A stretch of DNA of 64,000 nucleotides. Origin: Cenarchaeum sp. Lineage in GTDB: Archaea > Thermoproteota > Nitrososphaeria > Nitrososphaerales > Nitrosopumilaceae. Both the position numbers and the translations under genes were made by a program. The stretch lies in NCBI GenBank assembly GCA_965206845.1, contig OZ242221.1, positions 384,001 to 448,000 on the forward strand, given 5' to 3'. Shown here in pieces: positions 40,965 to 49,860 of this stretch. How positions within the stretch are numbered: the first letter of the stretch is position 1; each line of letters opens with the position of its first letter. The notes below the pieces were generated by a model. The model made no database searches and was not told where the DNA came from. It saw nothing but the letters and a program-made list of their open reading frames with translations.

Positions 40965-42332
40965 TTGAACGTGGAGTACAGAACAGATACCGACTCGCTG
41001 GGAGAGGTCAGCATTCCATCAGACGCATACTACGGTCCGTTTACCGGAAGGGCCGTCAGGCAGTACTCGGTAACGGGAGTCAGATCCCACGACAACCTGA
41101 TACGGGCGTTTGTCATGATAAAGCGATCTGCCGCCGTTGCCAACATGAAGGCAGGGGTCGTGGACGCGGAGCGCGGCGACGCCATCGTCGAGGCCTGCGA
41201 TCAGATTCTGGCCGGCCGGTTTGTGGATCAGTTTGTGGTGGATGCGATCAACTCAGGGGCGGGAACCGCCTTTAACATGAACTCAAACGAGGTGATCGCC
41301 AACGTGGCGCTGGAGATAATGGGCAAGGAGAAGGGACAGTACCAACACCTGCACCCAAACGACCACGTGAACATGTCCCAGTCAAGCAACGACACGTTTC
41401 CCACCGCGATGCATGTCGCCATCCTGGAAAATCTAGTCCAAGCCGTGCAGGCAATAGATGCGCTCATCGGCTCCCTCTCAAGAAAGGCAGAGCAGTTTGC
41501 GCCGTGCAAAAAGATAGGAAGGACGCACCTGATGGATGCCCTGCCGGTAACCCTGGGCGGCGAGTTTGCCGCATATGCCACTGCCATCACAAGGGCGAGG
41601 GACGCCATCGCAGAGGCGCAAAAGACGCTGGAGCCAGTGGCGCTTGGGGCAACAGCTGTGGGCACCGGGGCAAACACGCCAGAAGGGTACAGAGAGACAG
41701 CAATCACGGAGCTGGCAGAGATCTCGGGGCTTCCGCTGGTACCGGAGCAGGACATGCAGTACGCGCTACAGAGCAGGTTTGCCGTCGCAAAGGCGTCCGC
41801 GTCACTGCGGAACTTGGCGCTGGAGCTTGGCAGGCTCGCAAACGACATCAGGCTGATGGCATCGGGGCCGGTTGCGGGTCTCTCGGAGCTTGGGATTCCC
41901 GCGGTGCACGCCGGCTCGTCGATCATGCCAGGAAAGGTAAACCCGTCGCTGGCCGAGTGCATGAACATGATCTGCTTTTGCATAATTGGGAACGATGCAG
42001 CAGTGGCCCACGCCGCCCAGGGCGGGCAGTTCGAGCTGAACGTAATGCTGCCGGGCATGCTAAAGTGCATGCTCGAGTCAACAGACATGCTCAAGAACTT
42101 TCTGCCGGTCTTCTCTGCAAACCTGATCGACGGCCTGACCGCGGACAGGGGGCGCCTGCAAAAGGACATAGAGAACAGCCCGGTTATAGTCACGCTTCTT
42201 GCGCCCAAGATCGGGTACCTCAAGTCGGCCGAGCTGTTCAAGGAGTCCCTGAAGACCGGCAAGACCATCAGGGAGCTGGTGCTGGAGAAGGGGATGCTTT
42301 CGCAAGAAGAGCTGGACGCGGTATTCGGGTAG
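40965..42332 (+). CDS. Class II fumarase/aspartate ammonia-lyase family enzyme
   Basis: YRTDTDSLG, NMNSNEVIAN, HPNDHVNMSQSSND, GRTHLMDA, GSSIMPGKVNP. Confidence 0.92.
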   Translation: MNVEYRTDTDSLGEVSIPSDAYYGPFTGRAVRQYSVTGVRSHDNLIRAFVMIKRSAAVANMKAGVVDAERGDAIVEACDQILAGRFVDQFVVDAINSGAGTAFNMNSNEVIANVALEIMGKEKGQYQHLHPNDHVNMSQSSNDTFPTAMHVAILENLVQAVQAIDALIGSLSRKAEQFAPCKKIGRTHLMDALPVTLGGEFAAYATAITRARDAIAEAQKTLEPVALGATAVGTGANTPEGYRETAITELAEISGLPLVPEQDMQYALQSRFAVAKASASLRNLALELGRLANDIRLMASGPVAGLSELGIPAVHAGSSIMPGKVNPSLAECMNMICFCIIGNDAAVAHAAQGGQFELNVMLPGMLKCMLESTDMLKNFLPVFSANLIDGLTADRGRLQKDIENSPVIVTLLAPKIGYLKSAELFKESLKTGKTIRELVLEKGMLSQEELDAVFG

Positions 42333-42334
42333 AG

Positions 42335-43603
42335 ATGGCAAGGATACATGTAGAGGCGTACGGGTGCTCGGCAAGCTCTGCCGACTCTGAGATGATCTCC
42401 GGCCTGATAGTAAACGGCGGACACACCGTGGCAGAGAGCGCCGCAGAGTCCGATCTCTCCGTCATAGTCACCTGCTCCGTAAAGGACGCCACGGCCAACA
42501 GGATGATCCACCGGATAAAGTCGCTGAGCTCGGGGCCGCTGGTGGTGGCAGGCTGCCTTCCCAAGGCGGAGCCCAAGACGGTGGAGAGGTTTGCCCCGGG
42601 GGCCAGCATGATGGGCCCCGGCTCCATCGGAAGGACGCTGCAGGTGGTCGAGTCGGCGCTGGGCGGAGTGCGGACCGTTGCCCTGGAGGACACGGACATC
42701 TCAAAGGTAGGGCTGCCCAGGGTCAGGCTGAATCCCGCGGTCGGGATAATAGAGATCGCCAGCGGATGCATGAGCGAGTGCACGTTCTGCCAGACCAAGC
42801 TGGCCAAGGGCGGCCTCACAAGCTACCGCGTCGGGGACATAGTACGGCAGGCAGAAGCGGACGTTGCCGACGGCTGCAAGGAGATCTGGCTGAGCTCGAC
42901 TGACAACGGGTGCTACGGCCTTGACATCGGCTCGGACCTGCCGGAGCTGATAGACGCGGTGTCCGCGGTGCCCCGCGACTTTATGGTCCGGGTGGGCATG
43001 ATGAACCCCATGTACATGCCAAGGATAAGGGACGGCCTGCTCTCGTCCTTTGAGAACGAGAGGGTGTACAGGTTTCTTCACGTCCCGGTCCAGAGCGGCA
43101 GCAACCGGGTCCTTGCGGACATGAGGCGCGGCCACACCGCGGAGACCTTCCGGGATGTGGCGAAGAGGTTCCGCAGAAAGTTCGGCAGGTTTACCATATC
43201 CACGGACATCATAGTGGGGTTTCCCACCGAGACCGCCAGGGACTTTGAGGAGACGGTCCGGCTCCTGGAGGAGACGCGCCCGGACATCGTCAACCTCTCA
43301 AGGTACAGCGCCAGGCCCGGAACCCCGGCAGCGGAGATGGAGCAGGTGGACGTGGCCGAGGTGAAGAGGAGGAGCAAGCGCATCTTCGAGCTGTCCTGCC
43401 GCATCTCCCTGGAGCACAACAGGGAATGGATAGGGTGGAGCGGGCCCGTGGTCTTTGGCGAGACGGCAGAGGACGGGGTCAGGGGGCGGAACTATGCGTA
43501 CAAGCCCGTCTTCGTCGGGGAGCCCACAGATATCGGTTCTGTGCATACGGTCGAGATCACGTCTGCGACAAACCACAGCCTGGTGGGGACCATCAAGAGC
43601 TAA
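42335..43603 (+). CDS. mtaB: tRNA methylthiotransferase (MtaB/CDKAL1 type)
   Basis: EAYGCSAS..DSE, TCSVK, GC, CMSECTFC radical-SAM motif, TRAM domain. Confidence 0.88.
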   Translation: MARIHVEAYGCSASSADSEMISGLIVNGGHTVAESAAESDLSVIVTCSVKDATANRMIHRIKSLSSGPLVVAGCLPKAEPKTVERFAPGASMMGPGSIGRTLQVVESALGGVRTVALEDTDISKVGLPRVRLNPAVGIIEIASGCMSECTFCQTKLAKGGLTSYRVGDIVRQAEADVADGCKEIWLSSTDNGCYGLDIGSDLPELIDAVSAVPRDFMVRVGMMNPMYMPRIRDGLLSSFENERVYRFLHVPVQSGSNRVLADMRRGHTAETFRDVAKRFRRKFGRFTISTDIIVGFPTETARDFEETVRLLEETRPDIVNLSRYSARPGTPAAEMEQVDVAEVKRRSKRIFELSCRISLEHNREWIGWSGPVVFGETAEDGVRGRNYAYKPVFVGEPTDIGSVHTVEITSATNHSLVGTIKS

Positions 43604-43658
43604 ATAAAACGAATCCTCGGTTTGACTAAAGCTTAGTGATGGGCTTTTGTAGTTTATT

Positions 43659-44600
43659 GTGGAGTATATACCAGTGGCATCTCAATTTACAGAGCCTGTC
43701 CTGATTGTCGGGGTTGGCGGAGCCGGCTCCAAGCTGGCGCGGCAGGCCGGAGAGTTGCTGGGGTATGACACCATGACAATCAGCCAGGACGCAAAAGATG
43801 CGGACATCAGGGTATCCACCGAGTCCGTGCTAAACCCGTCCGTGCATCTCTTGAGGGGGTTTGCCCTCAAGGAGACGCAGAGGATTCGGGACAGGCTGGA
43901 CGGCTACGCCTCGATAGTTATGATATGCAATCTGGCCGGAAAGGACGGAGCCGCCATGGCCCCCGTCGTATCAAACATCGCAAGGGGCAAGAATGTTGCC
44001 TGCTTTGCGATAATGCCCTTCGGGTATGAAAAGGGCCGGATCTTTGCGTCCGGCGTCGCCCTGAAGCGGCTTAGGGCCGATGCTGACTTTGTTGTAGTGG
44101 TGGACAACGATGCAGTGCTGGACAGCAATCCGGATCTGACCCCTGCCCAGTGCTACGGGATCACCAACTCCGCCATGCTTCACGTTATATCATCACTGGA
44201 ATGGCCAGAGATGCCCGGAGTCGGGATCGTCTCTGCCGGCCGCAGCAATCCAGACATGGAGACGTCCCTGCGGGACTCGCTGAAGGTCCTCTACGGAAGC
44301 ACCCGCCCCGGCTGCATAAAGCGATCCATAGTCTACGCCATGGGAGGAAACGCCGTCCCGCTGGGGGCGCTCCGCTCGGTTCGGGACATGGCGTCGGAGG
44401 TTCTTGGGGAGGGCGCGCAGGTGGAGATCTCGGCAAACTCTTCGGACGCGTCTGGAATCGTCATGGTGTCCTCGGTGCAGGGGGAGACGCGCTTTGACAG
44501 TTATGATCCCCTTGGGGTGATCCCGCCCGAGTCCACGCTGGACTGGGACGAGCCGGACTGTAGCATGGACTGCGGGCTGGACTTTTATCAACTTGAATAA
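43659..44600 (+). CDS. ftsZ: Thaumarchaeal FtsZ-like tubulin-superfamily protein
   Basis: IVGVGGAG, MPFGYE, VVDND; the GTP signature is degenerate (NLAGKDG). Confidence 0.8.
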   Translation: MEYIPVASQFTEPVLIVGVGGAGSKLARQAGELLGYDTMTISQDAKDADIRVSTESVLNPSVHLLRGFALKETQRIRDRLDGYASIVMICNLAGKDGAAMAPVVSNIARGKNVACFAIMPFGYEKGRIFASGVALKRLRADADFVVVVDNDAVLDSNPDLTPAQCYGITNSAMLHVISSLEWPEMPGVGIVSAGRSNPDMETSLRDSLKVLYGSTRPGCIKRSIVYAMGGNAVPLGALRSVRDMASEVLGEGAQVEISANSSDASGIVMVSSVQGETRFDSYDPLGVIPPESTLDWDEPDCSMDCGLDFYQLE

Positions 44601-44740
44601 GATCTGATCCTTCGGCATAGCCCGTGGCAGGCCGTTTCACAATATCTGTACTGGAACCACGCTGCTTTGTAAGATACCTGTCTTGAATACTCTGCGAACC
44701 CGGACGATGCTGTGATCTGCTGCCGTGCAGAGGATGCGGG

Positions 44741-45280
44741 CTACTCTGTCTTGGTCTTTGGCTGATCTGCCTCGGACCCTGGCTGCTCCGCCTTTGTCTC
44801 TGGCGGTTCCGTCTGGGGTTCTGGCTGTTCCGCCTTGGTCGCCGGTGGCGCTACTTGGGGTTCTGGCTGTTCTACTTCTGGCTCTAGCGGTTCTGCTTCT
44901 GACGGTTCTGCTTCGGGCTCCGGCAGTTCTGCCACCCCTTCCTGCGGGGATGGCGGCTGCTCTGGGAGCTCGGGCTCTGTTGGCTCCACAGCTGCAGGTG
45001 TCGCATCGGCTGCTGCCTCGTCCTTGTCGTACAGGTATACCAAGACAAATCCCTCATCGGTACGCTCCATTCCCACCCTGATCTTTCTTGGGGGGTGCTT
45101 TATTCCCCTCTTCCAGACATAATGTGCCACGTCCTCGCTTATCCGAACGCTATTGGTCTTCATGTGGTGCATGGTAAACTCCTTTATCATATTGATGGCG
45201 CGCTTTGCGCGTATATTGTTGGGCGAGAGCAGAACCTTGCCCAGGTTTATGGTGTAAATGCGCTCTGCCTCTTCGGACAT
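44741..45280 (-). CDS. rpl31e: 50S ribosomal protein L31e with acidic Pro/Glu C-terminal extension
   Basis: ERIYTINL, RAKRAI, WKRGIKHPPRKIRV. Confidence 0.92.
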   Translation of the reverse strand: MSEEAERIYTINLGKVLLSPNNIRAKRAINMIKEFTMHHMKTNSVRISEDVAHYVWKRGIKHPPRKIRVGMERTDEGFVLVYLYDKDEAAADATPAAVEPTEPELPEQPPSPQEGVAELPEPEAEPSEAEPLEPEVEQPEPQVAPPATKAEQPEPQTEPPETKAEQPGSEADQPKTKTE

Positions 45281-45439
45281 CTAGCCGACCTCCACGTCAG
45301 TGGATCTCCAGTTTCTGCGTTTGGGATTGGTCTTTACGGTGCGCTTGGTTTTGGCTATCACCCAAGCCGGGACTGGGGATGTCTCCTTTGTCTTCTTGAT
45401 AAGACGGATCTTTCTGCTAGAGGTCTTGCGAGCAGCCAT
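45281..45439 (-). CDS. rpl39e: 50S ribosomal protein L39e
   Basis: [21 protein letters not shown]. Confidence 0.92.
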   Translation of the reverse strand: MAARKTSSRKIRLIKKTKETSPVPAWVIAKTKRTVKTNPKRRNWRSTDVEVG

Positions 45440-45782
45440 AGGTTCACAAGCCAAAGGAGCTCTTTTTAAATTAATGGGAATTGATCTTATAGGCTCTGCC
45501 GGTTTGATCAGGGCCGTGGACAAAGTCTGCAGTCGTCAACCGCCCGGTGCAATGGTCTGATCGTCTGCCCAAGCGATTCTAGGCAGGTCCATGGAACAAA
45601 AGAGCCACAGTAATTGTCTTATGATATTCCGCCTATTAAAAAAAAGCGTAAGAACCCCGTCACCCAAAAAGTTGGCGTTACTGGGATATGGCGCCACTTT
45701 GCCCAAAGGCAGCACAGACTGGGCCAAGATATGCGTCAAATACCCGCGCAAGCGAATCCGCATCTAAAACGCGGCCGGCGCC

Positions 45783-46325
45783 TTACGCCACCCTCAGAGC
45801 AATCTGCCTCAGTATCCTTGCAGACGCGCCCCAGATGATCCTGCCTCCGTGCTCAAATGTGTACATCCCCTCAAGGAGGCGGTGATCCCTGGCCGGATCG
45901 TCTGCCATGGTCTTCAGAAACGGCTCCAGGGGAATGCGCAGTATCTCCTGGACCTCAGGGTTTGCGGAGAGCGTCGGAACGTCGTCCAGAACCGCCACAA
46001 ACGGCGATATCACAAAGCCGGAGTTGAGCGTGGTGACGCTTGCCAGCTGTCCGATGACCTGCTCCCGGCGGGCTGCGAGTCCTATCTCCTCTGCGGTCTC
46101 GCGCAGGGCGGTATCCAGAAGATCCCGGTCCCGCCCCTCGCGCTTGCCTCCCGGAAAGGAGATCTCGCCCGCATGTGTCTTCAGGGATCTGGGCTTCTCG
46201 GTCATTATCACGCGTGGCTCGCTGCCGTATATCACCACCAGAACGGAGGCAGGCCTGTACCCCCCGCCGGCAGCCGCGGGGTCAAACCCCCCTGCCAGCG
46301 TGGACTTGATGAGACGCAGATCCAC
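45783..46325 (-). CDS. Nudix hydrolase (CoA pyrophosphatase-like)
   Basis: HAGEISFPGG...TALRETAEEIG, IWGASARIL. Confidence 0.9.
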   Translation of the reverse strand: MDLRLIKSTLAGGFDPAAAGGGYRPASVLVVIYGSEPRVIMTEKPRSLKTHAGEISFPGGKREGRDRDLLDTALRETAEEIGLAARREQVIGQLASVTTLNSGFVISPFVAVLDDVPTLSANPEVQEILRIPLEPFLKTMADDPARDHRLLEGMYTFEHGGRIIWGASARILRQIALRVA

Positions 46326-46548
46326 TACCCGTACCCAGGCGCCACGCACTATTGAATTTGTCTTAAAAGTTTTAAGGGAATTAATCTTATGTGCGCCGAT
46401 CAAAGGCGCGGCATTGCCCGCAGACGTCCGTGAATTCTCAGACGCATTCAATGTCTTCGGCATCTGGCATGGAGAAGGGGTTTTTGTTTATAGGACACCG
46501 CCGTACATTTCCAACTACTGATATACCTGTGTAGCGCACCCACTACAC

Positions 46549-47811
46549 ATGACCGGCTGGCGGCGCCAACCCAAGGATGGCAGCTTTCAGGACACTCTCA
46601 CGCTGACCATCGCTGACGCGGTGGAAGCGGCCACGGAGGCGGCCGACGACGCGGGCGTGGCGACCTACCAGACTGTACCAGGGAAGTCGGGCCTCAGGGC
46701 GGTCTTTATGGCCGCCCGAGAGGCGGTAGCCGAGACCGAGCCGGGGAATATCGGCTCCAGCGTCTTTGATACGGCGCTGAGGGCTGCGGTGGGCGCCGTA
46801 ACCGACTCAAGCATCCCCTCCAACTACGACCGGATGCGCAGGGCCGTCATGTCCATCCCCGGCCGTCTAATCCGGATGGCCGCCCGGCAGGCAGCCAACG
46901 ACCTGTTCGCCAAGATGCCCGCCAAGGCGGGAAAGGCAGGTGACAGTCGCCTGCTGCGCAGGATGAGGGCTGCCGCCGTCAGGGCAGCCAAGGTCCGCCT
47001 CGGACGGGACGACGGCATCGCGGCGGTCAGGGCCGCCACCGACGGCGCCCGGGATATCGCCGACAGAACCGTCCAGATGACATCCGAGATAGTCCTGATC
47101 GGGGCGCCCGTGCACGCCGCCACGGCTGCCGTCTTCGGGGTGGCCATACAAGGCGTCCAGCCAGCCAACCTGGCAGAGGCCATCAGGGAAGCCTGTGAGG
47201 ATCTGCCGGAGGTGGCGCGCCGGCACGACGATCTCGTCGTGGGTTTTGTGGCAGCGCTCTCCGCGATGATCGCCGCGGATGCCGAGTACCGACGCAAGTA
47301 CCAGACCGCCGTCCGCGGCGCCGAGAAGCTGTCCCTGAACGAGGCCGCCGACCAGATAGTCAACATGATAACCGACAACACCTTCGAGGCGGTCTACATG
47401 GCGCTGGTGGCAGGCGCCTACGCGACCTCCGACGGATCCGCCTTCGAGTCGGGCTACGGGGGGGCCTTGGCGGGGGCCTGTGGGGTAAACCCCCGGCAGA
47501 GCCGGCAGGCCGGGATGGGCGGCATCCCCGACGGCATTCCCCCCGATGTTGAGGACGGGATACCCGAAGAGGTGTTTCAGGAGCTGCACCAGAGGCTGTC
47601 GGGCACTATGGAGTGGCTGTTTGCCTCCGAGGCCGAGCTGGCCCGCCAGAGGAGGTTCAAGAACGCACTGGACGTCGACTACAAAGCCGCCGCCTCCGGC
47701 CGCCGGATGGGCGGCATCGTCCACCTGTACGAGGTGGCCTACCGCGCAGGGTACGAGGGGGCTCGAGCAACCGCTGCCAAGGAGCCTGGCGACTTGCGCC
47801 GACGGCGGTAG
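46549..47811 (+). CDS. Ala-rich all-helical hypothetical protein
   Basis: 420-codon high-GC ORF with no recognisable motif. Confidence 0.55.
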   Translation: MTGWRRQPKDGSFQDTLTLTIADAVEAATEAADDAGVATYQTVPGKSGLRAVFMAAREAVAETEPGNIGSSVFDTALRAAVGAVTDSSIPSNYDRMRRAVMSIPGRLIRMAARQAANDLFAKMPAKAGKAGDSRLLRRMRAAAVRAAKVRLGRDDGIAAVRAATDGARDIADRTVQMTSEIVLIGAPVHAATAAVFGVAIQGVQPANLAEAIREACEDLPEVARRHDDLVVGFVAALSAMIAADAEYRRKYQTAVRGAEKLSLNEAADQIVNMITDNTFEAVYMALVAGAYATSDGSAFESGYGGALAGACGVNPRQSRQAGMGGIPDGIPPDVEDGIPEEVFQELHQRLSGTMEWLFASEAELARQRRFKNALDVDYKAAASGRRMGGIVHLYEVAYRAGYEGARATAAKEPGDLRRRR

Positions 47812-47842
47812 CGCCCGCCCCCCTCCCCTAGCGGGGAATAGC

Positions 47843-49053
47843 GGCTGTGTCCTGGAGACACAGCCCCACAATCATCCGCCGGTGTCGTCCCGGTACAGGC
47901 ATTCTTCGAGTTTTTGGGATTGTGGCATTTTTCGCATACCGCCGGCTTCAAAGTCTGTCCGAAACCGTAAAATCCAATCTGATCCAAGGGTGGTGCGCAG
48001 GCTCCCCCACGGGCGGCGCGACGGTTACCGCGCCTGTTACGCAGCCGTTGCAGTGAGCGACTCGTGCGTGAGCCTACCGTCTTTTACTTGCGATCGCGCG
48101 ACCACCTCGATGTTGTAGCAGATGACGCAGGTTGCTGCCTTGCGGCTCTGCCGGGCGCGCCTGCGACTCCTGAGGTGGTTCCCGTACATTCTCTTGATTG
48201 CTCCAAAGACGGCCTCGATTATGCTGCGCTGGTGGCACTCGTCCATGAACCGGGCCAGCCCGTCCCTGTGCGTTCTGGTCATATCGCCCCAGGCCTGGCT
48301 ACCACCGTTCTTGCAGACGGCATTGGACTTGGGCCGGATGCGCGGCACCGTGCCCTTGTCGGATATGGCGTCGCAGATCTTCCTGGCCGGGTAGGCCGAG
48401 TCCAGGCAGAAGAAACCCGTGCCCTCTTCGATCCTTCCCAGCATCGGCCACAATCCTGTGATGTCGGAGGCGTACCCGTCGGTGACCGGGTAGTCTAGGA
48501 CGGTCCTGGTGGAGACGTCGACGATGCTGTGCAGCTTGACCCGGCCGCGCTTGAGCCTGACCTAGTCGTGGCGGACGCTGAACCACCGAACGAACCTGTT
48601 GCTGGAGTGGTCTGTGCTGTCCCCGGCCAACGAGCCGGTCACCATGACCTCGCCGATGATCCTCGTGTGGACCTCCCGCAGGTAAGCCTCGGGAATCATG
48701 CCATAGGCGCGCCGGATGGTGCTCTTGGAGGGTATCCTGGGCAGCCCCACCTTCCGGACCAGATTCGGGTTGATCCTGAGGTGGCCCACCATCTTTCGGC
48801 AGGTGCGCGTCTCGGCATCCATGGGGATGCAGGCGACGGCCATGGACTTTGGCGGGTAGGCGGTCGTGCCGCCCGGTTCGGGTTTGGCCTGGTAGGGGTC
48901 GCCCAGATCCTCTACTATCCCCAGTATCGTGCCCAGTATGAGACCCGGCAGATGCTGCTGGACGCGTTTTCTTTTTTTCATTGGGTCGGGCCGCGATCAT
49001 CGGATCATTACGCCTTGCGATTTTGAGGGAGTATATGTCCGTGGGACACAGCC
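47843..49053 (-). mobile_element. IS5/IS4-superfamily insertion sequence, inactivated
   Basis: TIRs ggctgtgtcc (14/18 when extended) at 47843 and 49053; encloses a DDE transposase gene. Confidence 0.7.
48037..48981 (-). pseudogene. DDE transposase with in-frame TAG at 48562-48564
   Basis: Both ORF halves share one frame; motifs GDST, KLH.IVD, LDSAY, HQRSIIEAVF..IKR. Confidence 0.8.
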
Positions 49054-49098
49054 ACCTGAGGATGTACAGTTTTAACGGAGCAGGCGACGAGACAGCAT

Positions 49099-49860
49099 GT
49101 GGCCATAATCTACGAGATAAACCCGCCCAGGGTTACAGGAGAGCCAGACGACGATCCGGAGCCACGGATATCGGCGCAGCTGCTGCGGGTGGATGAGATC
49201 AGCCCGCTGTGCGACGGCATCCACGTGACAGACTCCGTACTGGGAACGAGGAGGGTCCCTGCAGTCTTGATGGCAAGGCGCATAAAAGAGAGGCACCAGA
49301 ACCTCCAGGTCACCGCCAGCATGCGGGTAAGGGACAGGAACATGCAGAGAATAGAGGAGCTGGTGGAGGAGTACGCATCGGCAGGCATAGACGGGGTACT
49401 GGTCCTGATGGGGGATCCGTCACAGGACGGCCGGGCCGACCTGGGGCTGGTTCCCAGCTCGGTGGCCGGCAGCCTCGTCCGATCCAGGTACGAAAAGGAG
49501 ATCGCGTTCTACCTCTCGCTTCCCGCAAATCCCGACTTTGCAAAGATCCGAAAAAAGATCGATGCCGGGCCGGCGGGCTTTGTGACACAGGTGATCCACT
49601 CGGCGGATCAGGTGGAGTGGATATGCCGCAGGCTGAAGCCGCAGGGATTCAGGATCATCCCGTGCATCCTTCTGCCCTCAGAGAAGAACGCGCGCTCGGC
49701 AGAGTTCCTAGGGCTTGACTGGTCCCCATATAGGAACAATCCGGCAGGGTTCATCACGCGGATTCACGACATGGCAGGGGACGTCCTGCTGACATCGCCA
49801 AACGACTTTGCCGCGGCCAAGGACACCCTTCAGAGGACAAAGTACTCCGCTTCTGGATGA
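49099..49860 (+). CDS. metF: Methylenetetrahydrofolate reductase-like protein
   Basis: YEINPP, HVTDS, RVRDRN, LMGD, KKIDAG..GFVTQ; adjacent to metH. Confidence 0.8.
   Translation: MAIIYEINPPRVTGEPDDDPEPRISAQLLRVDEISPLCDGIHVTDSVLGTRRVPAVLMARRIKERHQNLQVTASMRVRDRNMQRIEELVEEYASAGIDGVLVLMGDPSQDGRADLGLVPSSVAGSLVRSRYEKEIAFYLSLPANPDFAKIRKKIDAGPAGFVTQVIHSADQVEWICRRLKPQGFRIIPCILLPSEKNARSAEFLGLDWSPYRNNPAGFITRIHDMAGDVLLTSPNDFAAAKDTLQRTKYSASG

Noticed and set aside
41504-42334. N-terminal extension of the 699-aa ORF (apparent fusion)
   Set aside because: It is an alternative frame overlapping the fumarase-family gene. The real MtaB starts at 42335.
43659-44600. Degenerate FtsZ GTP signature as a novelty
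   Set aside because: Divergent FtsZ is a known feature of Thaumarchaeota.
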